The notes under the pieces: model-generated | Database searches by the model: none | The model's input: only the letters and a program-made list of their open reading frames with translations | Told to the model about the DNA's origin: nothing | Shown here: piece by piece, positions 12,098 to 26,389 of the stretch | How positions within the stretch are numbered: position 1 is the stretch's first letter | Layout of the letters: the number at the start of each line of letters is the position of its first letter | Made by a program: the position numbers and the translations under genes | NCBI RefSeq assembly: GCF_001194135.2 | Contig: NC_069007.1 | Location: 22,489,650 to 22,553,649 of the forward strand | Direction: 5' to 3' | DNA from: Octopus bimaculoides | Lineage: Eukaryota | Length of the DNA stretch: 64,000 nucleotides

Positions 12098-12628
12098 TAG
12101 TGCCATCCTATAAGTAATGAGGGTTTTTTTAATACTTCTTTTATTTTTCAAAATTAAGATAAAGTTCTTTTTTACTCTAAGCTATATTCTCCTTCATTTT
12201 CTACAATGCTTTTCCATCTCTCTGGTAGACTTGCAAGGCCCTTCTTCCAAAATTCACTAGTCCGTGACAAAAAATACTCCTCCAATACTGTTCTGACCTC
12301 GTCTACAGAATTCATATTTTTTCTGTCCAAATGATTTTGAAGACTGCAGATTAAATGATAATCAGATGGGGCAATGTCTGGTGAATATGGTGGGTGGGGC
12401 ATTGTTTCCCATTCAAACTGCTCCAGTGTTTGGAAGGTCATCTTCACTGTATGTGGCCGAGCATTATCCTGATAGAAGAACACCTTTTGTCTTGAAACCA
12501 AAGATGGTTGTTTTTCTTCTAGTGTTGACTTAAGTCACTCAAGCTGCTCACAGTAGATCTCCTTTGTTATCGCTTAGTTTCAGTTTAAAAGTTCAAAGTG
12601 GACTAAGCCTTTCATATCCCACCAAACC
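12098..12628 (-). mobile_element. Mariner transposon relic, 3' half (subfamily B)
   Basis: ORF 12172..12501 with QDNARPH and HPPYSPDIAPSDYHL mariner motifs. One degenerate TIR after TA at 12098. Confidence 0.92.
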
Positions 12629-13619
12629 GATATATACACACCCACGCACACACACTGTGAGTGTGTGTACACACACATGCATGGACATGAAACCAATCTA
12701 CAGTTATCCCTCACAGTGACAGCTTTATCAACCCTTAAAGGCTTCCTAGGCCACCTGTACCCAGTCCTATCACACTTAAACACTAAGCTCAACTCTTTCT
12801 AACCTTTCATTACTTTTCCTTCTGTAGAGTATTTTACAATCAAGTCACCAGGTGTCACTATAGGAACCAAGATGCACTTCAGTTATGCAAACCAGTAATT
12901 GTAGAGCTGCAATGAGGATCAAATCTTGACTCAGTTCACAGAACCCACCTCTGATCTGTACAGTCATTAGATTGATGACCAAGTCAGTGCTACTGTGTTT
13001 ACCAAACAATAACTCAATGCGCTCATCTCTTTCATTTAATTCTTATTTCACCTTAGAATTTACTTGTATGTTATCTGACACCTTCATTACTTGATTAACA
13101 ATATCCACCTGTTCACCTCCTTCCACTCATTACAAGCCTACTGACTTTCATTCTTATCTCTACAACTTTTCCTCATCCAAAACATATTTGCCATATGCTT
13201 CTCAGACCCCCCCCACTCCACCTATTCCAATGAATCTACCTGAATCAAAAGTATCCCTGATCAGCTGGTTGCGGACCCTGCACTCTGCTGGACCCAGGAT
13301 ATAACTGCACCATCACCTTCAAGACACCCAGGCTGATTGATCAACCCAAGTGATACAAGCTGAAATGACTTTGAGGCTGGTCCATTGGCCTGATGGGACA
13401 AATGTTTTGAATGGTTGGTTTGGGAGTGAAATAGCTAATCAGAGATCGTCTTTCAGTAGATGTTTCTCAAATGAAAAAAATATTTGGTCTTTCTGGCTAC
13501 ACATACCAAAATACTTTGTGTCTCAAAAGGGTTAATCAGTTTTTCATCTCACTGTATAACATGTCAGACAACTTTAAGAGGATTTTTTTTCCATGCAGCA
13601 GTAGAGTCAGTCCTTTTAT

Positions 13620-14150
13620 ATGGAGAAACAGCCTGGACAGTTACATAAAACTGGAGTCCCAGGTAGATGGAACTTACTCCCAAATGTTAAGAGCAGTCTT
13701 AAAACCGTATCTTGGAGAACTCAACCCACCAAGAAATAGCTGTATGGAGATCTCCTGTCTATTTCCAGTGTTATAAAGCATTTATTGTTATGATATTATG
13801 GCTGTCTTTTCTTAATTTAATATAATCAAGCTAAGCTTCTTAAACAGAAAAGTTGATATTTAAATAAATGGTTAGCCACATATCTTGGGAGATCTCATCC
13901 TTCCAAGAAACAGCTGTATGGAGATGTTACACTTTCCACAATCATAAGGCACTTGCACTTTGCAGGACATTGGTGGCTAGTAAACAAGAGCTGGCCAAGT
14001 GACCTACTGCTATGGGTGTCAAAGCAACGCTGTACATGAGCAGGTCGTCTGATCACAACATATGTCGACCAACTCACCACACACTAGATGCCTTCTCAGA
14101 GATCTCCCTCAAATAATGCAGGACCGAGATGGATGGCATTTGCAACTTTA
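13620..14150 (+). mobile_element. RTE-X-like LINE ORF2 3' fragments (two overlapping pieces)
   Basis: LESQVDGTYSQMLRAVL, HPSKKQLYG and FAGH-W..SDLLLW decayed motifs. Confidence 0.55.
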
Positions 14151-17086
14151 AAGTTTCCAAGCAAGCTAAACCAACTGATAATGATGATAGATACGTGAAA
14201 GTGAAGACCCTGCCATATTTGTATTTACATATGCTTAACAGTCTCTTGAAGTATTTTCTTCAGCCGTATTGTTGCTATTTCTAGCAAGTCATTCGATAAT
14301 AATTTCTAACTACTGAACTACTAATACAGTGTAGATTATAAATAAAACGACAATCTCTATACAGCAAACTTTTCAGCACCCAGGGTCCCACCCTACTTTA
14401 ATTAACAGGCATTATAGGCAGTAAGCTGGCAGGGTCGTTAGCATACCAGGTGAAAATGCTTCGTGGTATTTCGTCTCTCCTTACATTCTGAGTTCAAATT
14501 CCACCGAAGTTGACTTTGCCTTTCATCCTTTCAGGGTTGATAAAATAAGTACCAGTTGACCTCTGAGGGTGATGTAATCAACGTAACTACTTCTGGGTAT
14601 AACTATTAAAAACTGCACAACTCTTCCATGTCAAACTAGTGTGACAGAATAGGCTCATCGAACAAATGGCCTCCACATCAGACTATGGTTGGTGGAGAGT
14701 ACCTGCTGAGGCCCCTTGGTCCTGCAGTGGACTGAACAAGGGCAATCCAATACGTCAGATGCAATTTTGTTCCCCTTGACTAATGCACCCAGGGGCGACT
14801 CCCCTTCTCCCTCTCTTACTACACCTCTTCATAGATTAATATGTATTTAGTCTTGCTGTGAAGCCCCGAAGAGAGCCTTTTCTTACAGTTTGGAGATAAG
14901 AATCACACCAGCTGCTTTCTTTTTGCTTATTTCTCCAAGAAACCCACGATACAGTCTCCGAATTACTCTTTATTTTGTACTAGTTTTCTACTTGGGTTGA
15001 TAGCAATCCCAAATAGATGTCATTTGGTATCGTAGCAGTTTTTATGTTCATTGCAGCCTCAGTGGTTGGTTTTTCAGCCCCCCCCCCATCTCCACCAGAC
15101 AGTTTCAGCTCTTTCCAAGGTGACTGTTTATTTATTTAGAGAGAAGGAGAGTCAATATTTACAGGGTCGAGATTTTGAAGGTTAAATGCGGAGGAGGAGG
15201 AGGTGGTGGTAGTAGTAGTAGTGAAGATGTGGTGATGGTGAAGAGAGCGATGTGGTTAGTAGTGATGAGGGGGAGATATGGCGAGGTTGTTTAATCCTAG
15301 GCCGGTTCTGATCAAAAAAACATTCCAGTTGAGATCATTTATTTATTTAATTATTCATTTTTATACATATATCTTACATAAAATCTCTCACACACCATTC
15401 AGTGTATCCTTAGTTTTAATATATCATGCTGCATTTTAAGTCGATTTGACTGTTATTTCTAGTGTATTAAATGATCATTGTAGAGACTTCACGTGAGAAA
15501 GCTCTATGATGATGATGGTGGAAGCGATGGGAGGTGGATGGGTGGGTTTGAGTGTTGTATTGCCGGGCGGGAAGAGATGTGGTTGAGTAAGGGGAAATAT
15601 TGGAGGGAGGGAGGGAGATGCTAACGACTTGGATGCTATTCGTCATTGTTCGCCTCTCCCTCGCCCTCACTCTGACAAGTTTCTGATTTCCTGTTTTTTC
15701 CCCCTTCACCTCCCCTCATATTTCACATCAGTACTGTCGCCGTCTCCCTAGCATTGCTACCATCTTCATTGTACTTCTATCATTATTACTACTACTATTA
15801 CCACCGCTACTACCATTACCAGCTCTGACACTAGGGAGACCTTCAAGTGGAAGGACTTGCTCAGAAAATAGCAGCCAAAATTGCGCCCTTACTTGAAAAG
15901 GCAGGATACAGCTAATAATGTAGTGCTAGATATATACTTACTATGTCTTAAGTAAAAAAAGGCACTCATTCATCTTATCCCTAACCTTGACCCTCGGTGG
16001 CCGCGGCGGTGGGGAAGATGAAGAGGCACTTTAAACAGCAGCAACACTGACACCACCATCGTAATTATCTCTACCACTATAACATCCACGGCTACCACCA
16101 TTTATAACTGTCACTCCCACCATCACCACCATACAGCTATCACTTGTATACTGCCTTTTCAAATACTACCACCACCACCACCACACAGCTGTTATCACCA
16201 CTACCGTACAACTATCGCTGCTAACATCATTCAATACTATTTCAAAGGAGTTTCTGGGTGGTCGTTCAATTTGCTAGAAAGTGCAGCTGAGTCTTCCTCG
16301 AGTCACATCGTGCTTCTCTTTGAAAGCACAGTGAATAATATATTTGTCGCTTCCTAGTATATGAAAGTTGATGGTGTGATCACAACCGGAAGGCTTTTGA
16401 TTATAGATCAACCCGGTTAAGGCTAAGGTGCGCGCGCGCGCGTAGGTGGATGGGGGGAGGGAGAACAGAACACACTCCCGACCACGTGGTTGCTCAGTCT
16501 ACTAGGAAAAGGAGCCACCGCTCCCTCATATCAAACTGCTGTAGTAAAAAAACAAAAACAAAACAAAAATCATTGCAGGAACGTCTTGGATCATAAGTCC
16601 GCTTTCGACTTGATTGATCTGGAACTAAATAATAGCTACTAGCACCCGATCACTAACACAGTCACCATCACTGCCCTATTGGCACTATTACAGCTACTAT
16701 TGCTGTTACCACCACCTCAACATTCTACCCGACATACACTACACTATTATTATTACCTTTTACCACAATACTCATACTATGTCAACAAAGTACATGGAGT
16801 ACACACACACACACACACACACACAGAGTAATTCCCATCTTCTGTTGAGGGCTTATATGCCCCAATATTAGACTATTTTTTATAGCCAATATACGATGAA
16901 CGCTTAGAAGCCTAAAGCTTATAATAATTATTATATGCTTGCTTCAAAAGTGAGCTATTTGTGGCCTCTGAAATTATTTGACTTTGGTTGGACTGAGGCT
17001 ATAATTAACGAGTATTAATGACTGATAAAAGTGACTACAGCACCCACTTGGAAGCTATATTCCTACCAACCAAAATTTGGACATTT

Positions 17087-17127
<41 letters not shown>

Positions 17128-17128
<1 letters not shown>

Positions 17129-17975
17129 TCTGGGTCGTCCCATAAATAATGCAGTTTTTTATACTTCTTTCATTTTTCAAAATTCTTTTTTAATCTAAAA
17201 TATACTCTCCTTCATTTTCTACAATGCTCTTCCCTCTCTCTGGTAGACTTGCAAGGCCCCTCTTCCAAAATCCACTTGTCTGTTTACAGAATTCAGATTT
17301 TTTCCATCCAAATGATTTTGAAGACTGCAGGATAAATGAGAATCAGATGGGGCAATGTCTGGCGAATATGGTGCGTGGGACATCATTTCCCATTCAAACT
17401 GTTCCCGCCTTTTGAATGTTATCCTCGCTGTATGTGACCAAGCATTATCCTGATGGAAGAACACCTTTCATCTTGAAACCAAAGATGGTCATTTTTCTTT
17501 TAGCACTGACTTAAATGACCAAATCCAAGCCTTTCTGCTAGTTCCTCAACAGTTACAATGGGATTTTGTTTCACCAGGGTTTGCAGGACGTCCTCGTTAA
17601 GGTCTACAGATCTTCCAGGATGAGGCTCATCTAAGCTGTAGTTTCCAACTTCCAATTTCTGGAACCACCATTGACACTGGCTTACGCTTATTGTCTGATT
17701 CTCATATACTGCATTAATATTCCTTGCACTTTGTGTTGTCTTTATTGAACTCATAAAGCAAAATATGCCAAATATGCTCCTTTCTCACTTCCATTACAGC
17801 TTTGAAAATATAACTTAAATCGAACTGCACTCTTCAAAAATTATACTAAGAATAAGGAGAAGGTAAAATTACTACCTGCTTTAATAGCAAGTTGATAGAG
17901 GTAGTTTATCCTGTCCCCCTCTGACTTTTAGTTCATGCAATTGAAAAAACCCACATTATTTATGGGATGGCCCAA
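17128..17975 (-). mobile_element. Internally deleted mariner (subfamily B) with both TIRs
   Basis: TIRs TGGGTCGTCCCATAAATAATG / CATTATTTATGGGATGGCCCAA with TA flanks. ORF remnants 17219..17464 and 17500..17754. Confidence 0.92.
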
Positions 17976-18405
17976 TATTATAGGTGCAGGCGTAGCTGTG
18001 TGATAAGAAGCTTGCTTCCAAAACACATGGTTCCAGGTTCAGTCCCACTGTGTGACACCTTGGGCAAGTGTTGACTACCATAGCCTCGGGCCAACCAAAC
18101 CCTTGTGAGTGGATTTGGTAGACGGAAACTGAAAGAAGCCTGTTATATATGTGTATAATCATGTGTGTGTGTGTGTGTTTGTTCCCCCACCANNNNNNNN
18201 NNGTTATATATGTGTATAATCATGTGTGTGTGTGTGTGTTTGTTCCCCCACCATCGCTTGAGAGCTGATGTTGGTGTGTTTATGTCCCTGTAACTTAGCG
18301 GTTCAGCAAAAGAGACAGAATAGGTACCAGGCTTACAAGAAATAAGTCCAGGGGTTGATTTCTTTGACTAAAAGGCAGTGCTCCAGCATGGCCTGAGACA
18401 AAAGA

Positions 18406-18436
<31 letters not shown>

Positions 18437-18744
18437 GATAAATATATATATATATATATGTGAATTGGTGAACAAGGTTTAGTGCTATGTTCTCTCTCCT
18501 ATGTTGCTCATGGAGCAACTGACGTGTCACATGTGCAACAATCGGAATCTATGCTTCCTACTGGTGGTATACGTTGGTGTTTCTGCTGGATTTTATAACT
18601 ATTCTCTCTCTCTCTTTCTCATAGGCCTGTATACACACACTCTTGTGAATCTAAAACGAATCATACGCATGCAAGAGTGCTCGCTCGAACACACAGACAC
18701 AGGAGTATACACTTCAACATCAAGTGGATAGTGGGGTGGATTTC

Positions 18745-19368
18745 AATTGAGAAATAGAGACGATTGTGCTGGTATGGACATGTGGTGAGAATGGATGAGG
18801 ATAGCTGCGTGAAAAAGTGCCACACCCTAACAGTTGAGGGAACCCGTGGAAGAGGTAGGCCCAGGAAGACCTGGGCTGAGGTGGTGAGGCAAGACCTTCG
18901 TACATTGGACCTCACCGAGGCGATGACTACTGACCGAGACCTTTGGAAATGTGCTGTGCGTGAGAAGACCCGGCAAGCCAAGTAAGATCGTTGCCAGTGC
19001 CCCTGGACTGGTTCTTGTGCGGGTGGCACATGAGATGCACCATTTTGAGCGTGGCCGTTGCCAGTACTACCTGACTGGCTCCCGTAGGATTTTCGAGCGA
19101 GATCGTTGCAAGTGCCCCTGGACTGGCTTNNNNNNNNNNNNNNNNNNNNNNNNNNNNNNNNNNNNNNNGCGGGTGACACGTAAAAGCACCCACTACACTC
19201 TCTGAGTGGTTGGCGTTAGGAAGGGCATCCAGCTGTAGAAACTCTGCCAAATCAGACTGGAGCCTGGTGTTGCCATCCGGTTTCACCAGTCCTCAATCAA
19301 ATCGTCCAACCCATGCTAGCATGGAAAGCGGACGTTAAACGATGATGATGATGATGATGATGATGATG
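18745..19368 (+). mobile_element. 5'-truncated RTE LINE (RT C-terminus, 3' UTR and (GAT)n tail)
   Basis: WYGHVVRMDEDSCVKK..GRGRPRKTW motif (ORF 18764..18985). Tail ggacgttaaac(gat)n. Confidence 0.9.
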
Positions 19369-20604
19369 AAGAAATCAACTTGTTTTCTTTTTTCTATGAA
19401 CATGACCATAAACACTCACATGTTTCAAACTGCAAACGAGAACTAGAGAGAGATGCAAGTACTCAATACATGCATTTTGTGAATACTCTCTACTCAGTCT
19501 CCTTATCTTCCTCCCCTTATCTTATAAATACAAATAAATCTATTATTAGCTTTTATTATACAGAAGAGCAGAACTGAATGCAGAAAACCATTCGGCCACT
19601 CATTCACCTTTTCCCTGAATGCTTGTTTATTCACATTGATAAGAAAAGTAGTCTTGCATTAAGCTTGGAGATTTCAATGATATTGTAGGGTAAGTATGAA
19701 AGGTTGAATCTGGTCTTTTGAACATAAAATAGATTGAGTAGTTTGGCTGGATATGGTCAGTTTAAATGCTAAAGGGTTAAATAAGGACTGGTAGGCATTA
19801 ATTAAAGCAAGTGGTGCTACAATTCAAAATAACAAGGCGGGGGNNNNNNNNNNNNNNNNGGGGGGGGGGGGGGTCAGCTGAATGCCTATGATACTATAAT
19901 TAAAACCTATAAACCTTATGGATAGCATCTGGATTGTTTAATCCCTCTTGCTTACATACATAGGTATATGCATACATGTGTGCTTAGAAGCTTTTTACAT
20001 TATTTTTTTCTTATTCGTTTATTGAACTGCTTAACAAGCAAACTATTTGATACATGTGTGCTATTCCTGTGACCTTGTAATTCATGGATAATTATATTTG
20101 TCATTTAATTCAGTTTTCAAAAATAAAGTTCTACTAATCTGAAACCAGTTTGGCAAGTGCCATGCACAAAGCTCTCGGCCCTTGATTCACTTTGTAACTT
20201 CTGTTGATGATAATTTATATATTTCTTTATTTATTGTTTCAGTTTGTAGACCGCAACTATGTTGGAGTCTACAGCCTTGAAGAATTTCAGATGAATGAAT
20301 TGATCCCAGTACTTTTTTTGATGCCTGGTATTTGTTCTATCAGTTTCTTTTGCTGAACCACTAAGTTGTTGGGATGTAAACTCATGAACAATGGTTGTCA
20401 AACAGTGCTGGGAGGGGGGGGGAACAAATGCAAAGACATACACATCATGCACATGATGAGTTTCTTTCAGTTTCTGTCTACTAAATCCACTCACAAGGCT
20501 TTGGTTGGCCTGGGGCTATAGTAGAAGACACTTACCCAATGTGCCATGCAGTGGGACTGAACCCAAAAGCATGTGGTTGAGAAGGAAACTTGTTACCACA
20601 TAGC

Positions 20605-20662
<58 letters not shown>

Positions 20663-22379
20663 ATATGTATGTATGACAGAGAGAGAGAGAGAGATCCTCA
20701 TTTAACGTCCGTTTTCTATGCTGGCATGGGTTGGACAGTTTGGCTAGATCTGGCAATCTGAGGAACTGCATCAGGTTCCATTGTTGGTTTTGGCTTGGTT
20801 TCTATAGCTGGGTGCCCTTCATAATGCCAACAAGTGTAATGGGTGTTTTTATGTTGTATTGGCATGGGCTTTTTATTTGGGTCCCCAGCACCGATAGGAT
20901 GTTTTAGCTGGTCTCTCCCATCGAAAATGGTTACATGAGCATCCAGTTGTTTGAGCAACTGAATGACCTACTTGTTGAATAAGATGCAAAATAACCAAGT
21001 ATACAACAGATATGTGACCCCTTGACATAATTTTCAGGCTGAGTCAGCCTGACACAATGTAACAGTGCTGAACCTTTTGAATTACTGGTACTGTCCTCCT
21101 AACAGACTTGTGAAGTTTCACTCACAAGGCATCAGTTGACTTAAATCTATGGTAAAAGGCATTTTATTTACTTGAGGATCCATGCAGTGATTTTGGGCTC
21201 TGCAACCTCATGGTTGCAAAACAAAGTTAGATTCTGAGGACCTTTTATATGCCCTTCAAGAGATGTAAAGAGATCAATGTTCTTGAGATTGAATATCTCT
21301 AAATCAATAACAGCAAGAAAAGAACGAGGGTGAGGTATTGGTGGTGGCAGTGTTCTGTTGATTTGTAATGACAGCTGAGGCATCATGGGATAAAAGAATT
21401 GATTGATTTAAAACAAAATTTATTTTTTGTATTTAAAATATATTTCAAGGCTGGTGGTGTGGGTTCAATCAATATTACTAGCTAGCTTTCTAGGCCCTTC
21501 AATTAATTTGGGCTAGAAAATAAAATTTAATATTTGTTATGCAATTTTTTATCAAGACATGCACATACATGTGCATGTTTCCATTCAGACACTTAGAGGC
21601 ACACACACACACACACACACACACACCTGCGCTCATACACACACTTGATTATAGATTACTCTTAGAAGGTACTCAGATTCTCGAGTACCCTGTTAGAAAC
21701 ATACATACATCCCTGTGTACACCACAGCTGGCGCTCTCGTACATCCATGTATGTTAATGCATGTGTGTATACCTAAATATCCATCCTACTTAAATATCCA
21801 ACCTGCAGTTTAATGGTATATAATTCAATTACCAAACAGCAGCACTTGTTTACTTGACAAAATACCTTCCTTAAATACACACATTGAGAGAGAGAGAAAG
21901 GGGGGGGGGTGTCATGTAGTGGTGGTGGTCTTGGTAGGGTTAGTAATTTATAGTTTTTTATTTTTCAGTTTTGTTGTGAGAGAGTGGTTCTGGGATTAGG
22001 CTATTATTTANNNNNNNNNNNNNNNNNNNNNNNNNNNNNNNNNNNNNNNNNNNNNNNNNNNNNNNNNNNNNNNNNNNNNNNNNNNNNNNNNNNNNNNNNN
22101 NNNNTATATATATATATAAATATATATATATATTGTAGTGTGTAGTAGTTGTAGTAGTTGAAATCAATAACCATTGACCTAGTTGAAAATAACATCTTCA
22201 GGTTGAATACTTGTAACGGTGGTGGTGGCAATTTCTGATTGTATTACTGTCCTTTCTATCGACACAACTTTCATTAGTATCGAGTTAGTGTGTTTGCATA
22301 TCTGTGCATGTGTGTGTGTGTGTGTGTGTGCATGCACGTATGCACCTAGGTGGAGTACATGCACATGTGTGTGTGCATG

Positions 22380-23040
22380 TATATATTCGTGACCTCCTTT
22401 ATGCAGATGACTGTGACTTAGTCACTCATGCAGTGGATGACATGCAAATACTCATGAATCGTATTTCTGCTTCTTGCAAGGCATTTGGACTCAGCATTAG
22501 CCTGGCTAGGACTGTTGTAATGTTCCAACCTGCACCTGGAAATCCATTTGTGGAACCAGCTATCTTGGTTGAAGGAACATTATTGACAAGTAGTAGACGA
22601 GTTTGTCTACCTGGGTGGTATACTCAGCCGTTCTTGCTCCCTCAATGTTTTAAATATCTTTCAGGCTGCAGAGAGCAACTGTTTCCTTCCAGTCTCATGT
22701 CTTGTCCCAGCATGGCATCACAAGGCGGACAAAAATTGCTGTGTACCGTGCATGTGTACTAACATCGCTCCTTTACTCATGTGAGACATGGACCCTTTAC
22801 AAAAGTCGTGTAAGGGTCCTTGAATGCTTCCATCAGAGATGTCTGAGACACATTCTAAATGTTGGCTGGACCTTAAAAACTCCAGATACACAGGTCCTGA
22901 GGACAGCCAATATCCTGAGTATTGAGGCAATGGTGCACAAGCAGCAGTTACGTTGGACTGGACACCTTATTAGAATGAAGGATAGCAGGATCCCTAAACA
23001 GATGCTATATGGGGAACTTGTGAATGGAAGAAGAGATGAA
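22380..23040 (+). mobile_element. RTE-BovB-like LINE RT fragment
   Basis: LLYADDC, TKIAVYRACVLTSLLYSCETW, FHQRCLRHIL and LRWTGHLIRM..RIPKQMLYGEL (ORFs 22304, 22702). Confidence 0.88.
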
Positions 23041-23989
23041 ACCAAATCTCAGGATGTTGGTTTTTATGGACGAAAAAAGAATTAAAAGTAGTGATATGCT
23101 TTACTGCACACCCAGTAAACCTGTAGATGTATGTTAAAACACATGGTCTGTGCATTGATGTGTACATAAAATAATTAGAGAGCAGTAATGTTGTCTTAAT
23201 AAACTCCATGTATGTCAATATGTAATCACTGTGGAGCTTAAAGGTTATGGTTTAATTACTATTATTGACTAATATTAATCATAAAGGTCAGGTCTTAATA
23301 TAGCCAGTGTGTTGTGGACTCTGGGTAGAGCACTTAATTCCAACTTGTCCTGTTTACTTCATTGAGCAGAAATTCAGTTCCCCCCTCCACACACACATGG
23401 TTCCTGGTTCAGTCCCACTGCATGGCACCTTGGGCAAGTGTCTTCTACTATAGCCTCGGGCCAACCAAAGCTTTGTGAGTGGATTTGGTTGATGGAAACT
23501 GAAAGAAGTCTGTCGTATATATGTATGTATGTTTGTGTGTCTGTGTTTGTCCTCCTGACATCTCTAGACAACTGATACTGGTGTGTTTATTACCCCGTAA
23601 CTTAGCGGTTTGGCAAAAGAGATCAATAGAATAAGTACTAGGCTTACAAAGAATAAGTCCTGGGATCGATTTGCTCGACTAAAGGTGGTGCTCCAGCATG
23701 GCCCCAGTCAAATGACTGAAACAAGTAAAAGAGTAAAGAGAGAGAGAACAAGTATTACATTTGACAGAAAAAACCTGAATGCTAAAGGGTTATTCTTATA
23801 AATGTTCTTCCTCTTATTAGCTGTACAGAAATTATTTTTTTCATAAAACTTATGGAATCCATTCTCAAACTGGCAGATAGAAGCAAACATTTATGAGCAG
23901 CCTTTCACAAAGAGGTACAGAATGAGACAAGTTCAGTCCCATAACCTCTTGCGGGTCATTGGGGCACTGCAGCCATGCAACGTATCTAG

Positions 23990-24300
23990 GATGAGAAGCC
24001 CATCCCTCTCCAGGCTGAACTCATTTCTACAGCTGAGTGGACTGGAGTAACATAAAATGAAATATTTTGCTCAAGAACACAATACACGGCCTGGACCAGG
24101 AATCAAAACCACAATTTTATGGTTGTGAATCCAACATCCTAACCACTAAGTTGTGCACCTCCATAGTGGTACTCATTTCTACAGTGGACTGGAGCAATGT
24201 GAAGTGAAGTGTTTTGCTCAAGAAGACAATGCATTGTCCTGCCTAGAAATCCAAAGCACAATCTTATGATTGGGAGTCCAACACCCTAACCACTAAATTG
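23990..24300 (-). mobile_element. Third tRNA-derived SINE family, tandem pair; other copies 31830-32140(-), 37808-38050(+), 44680-44890(+), 47890-48160(+), 50200-50330(-)
   Basis: TTAGTGGTTAGG..GGTTCGATTCCTGGAC head plus TGTGTTCTTGAGCAAAACACTT core. Confidence 0.8.
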
Positions 24301-25770
24301 TGTGTTGCCAGAGCAACAAACATCTGTAATGAAAAAATAAGAATAAAATTCCTGGCCTAGACATTCACAATGCAGCAATATCATTTCATAACACCTTTTA
24401 TGCCTTGTGTATTCTGAATTTTTATGAAGCAAATTTACCAGTGAGACAACCTTAGTAGAGTAATAGGATATTTGGAGAGCAATAACCTCTGACGTCTGTA
24501 TGCTTCAATGAACTTTTCAAAGTGATCTTAAAATACTTGGTAACATTTAAGTAGGAAAATAGCTGTAATGTTATTTATTGTATTGGTTGTATTAAGATTT
24601 TAGTAGTTAAATAGTTTTTAACTTTCTTAAGAGAGAGCATTGGTATGTACCTAGTGGAACTACATATTTGGCAGGTTAGTATGCATGGGATTAACTTGTT
24701 GGATGAGGTGGGCCATGTGTTTGCTTAAATAAAACATCTGGTGAAAAGAGAAAAAGCTTTTATGTTGAAAGAAAAAAGTGTGTGTGTCTACATATGTGCA
24801 TGTATCACTCTCTCTCTCTCTCTCTCTCTCNNNNNNNNNNNNNNNNNNNNNNNNNNNNNNNNNNNNNNNNNNNNNNNNNNNNNNNNNNNNNNNNNNNNNN
24901 NNNNNNNNNNNNNNNNNNNNNNNNNNNNNNNNNNNNNNNNNNNNNNNNNNNNNNNNNNNNNNNNNNNNNNNNNNNNNNNNNNNNNNNNNNNNNNNNNNNN
25001 NNNNNNNNNNNNNNNNNNNNNNNNNNNNNNNNNNNNNNNNNNNNNNNNNNNNNNNNNNNNNNNNNNNNNNNNNNNNNNNNNNNNNNNNNNNNNNNNNNNN
25101 NNNNNNNNNNNNNNNNNNNNNNNNNNNNNNNNNNNNNNNNNNNNNNNNNNNNNNNNNNNNNNNNNNNNNNNNNNNNNNNNNNNNNNNNNNNNNNNNNNNN
25201 NNNNNNNNNNNNNNNNNNNNNNNNNNNNNNNNNNNNNNNNNNNNNNNNNNNNNNNNNNNNNNNNNNNNNNNNNNNNNNNNNNNNNNNNNNNNNNNNNNNN
25301 NNNNNNNNNNNNNNNNNNNNNNNNNNNNNNNNNNNNNNNNNNNNNNNNNNNNNNNNNNNNNNNNNNNNNNNNNNNNNNNNNNNNNNNNNNNNNNNNNNNN
25401 NNNNNNNNNNNNNNNNNNNNNNNNNNNNNNNNNNNNNNNNNNNNNNNNNNNNNNNNNNNNNNNNNNNNNNNNNNNNNNNNNNNNNNNNNNNNNNNNNNNN
25501 NNNNNNNNNNNNNNNNNNNNNNNNNNNNNNNNNNNNNNNNNNNNNNNNNNNNNNNNNNNNNNNNNNNNNNNNNNNNNNNNNNNNNNNNNNNNNNNNNNNN
25601 NNNNNNNNNNNNNNNNNNNNNNNNNNNNNNNNNNNNNNNNNNNNNNNNNNNNNNNNNNNNNNNNNNNNNNNNNNNNNNNNNNNNNNNNNNNNNNNNNNNN
25701 NNNNNNNNNNNNNNNNNNNNNNNNNNNNNNNNNNNNNNNNNNNNNNNNNNNNNNNNNNNNNNNNNNNNNN

Positions 25771-25975
25771 CTTCAGCTTTATTTTATATTAATCGTATTT
25801 GGGCCAGATCTTATTCGTGTGTCCCGCCTTACTAACGATCAGCCATTTTGTATTAATGGCTGATCGTCAGTAAGGAGGGACACACAAAAAAAGAGAAAGA
25901 AGAAAGCAAAGGTCACAGAAGTGTGACGAAAGGACTCTGGCTGAAATACGATTAATATAAAATAAAGCTGAAGCA
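25771..25975. mobile_element. Doubly palindromic MITE-like element abutting a gap
   Basis: Perfect 30-bp outer IR (25771-25800 / 25944-25973) and inner 28/30 IR (about 25818-25847 / 25855-25884). Confidence 0.75.
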
Positions 25976-26042
25976 AATTAACACCAAATATACAGTGCAT
26001 GTGTTTTTATTGGCTAAACTGGCAACATGACCATCCCCAAAT

Positions 26043-26092
<50 letters not shown>

Positions 26093-26389
26093 AAATAAGC
26101 AACAGGATATCAAATAGTGATGCATTACGGCCGTTTCAAGTGGCTCACACACAGGGCTTTCACCCAGTTGTTGTTTATGCAATTTCACTCCCAAGGCATT
26201 GCTCTGTGTTTAAGGTGACCTTTAAGGAATCACTTAATGCCTCACTATGATAGTGTGCAGGAGTGATTTGACCTCTGTGTCATTGTGTGTGTGTGTGGAG
26301 AGAGAGAGAGAGAGAGAGAGAGAGTAAGAGAGTGTGTAAGGAGACCAACAAATATGCTGACATTTACACTGATGCCTCTCAATTAGATG

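Noticed and set aside
12700-13350. Possible LINE endonuclease remnant on the minus strand
   Set aside because: Too degraded; no diagnostic motif could be read with confidence.
17982-18060. tRNA-like heads (A/B boxes) as tRNA genes
   Set aside because: They continue directly into SINE core domains and lack a complete cloverleaf.
18141-18251. Exact 50-bp duplication on both sides of a 10-N gap
   Set aside because: Typical unmerged contig overlap (assembly artefact).
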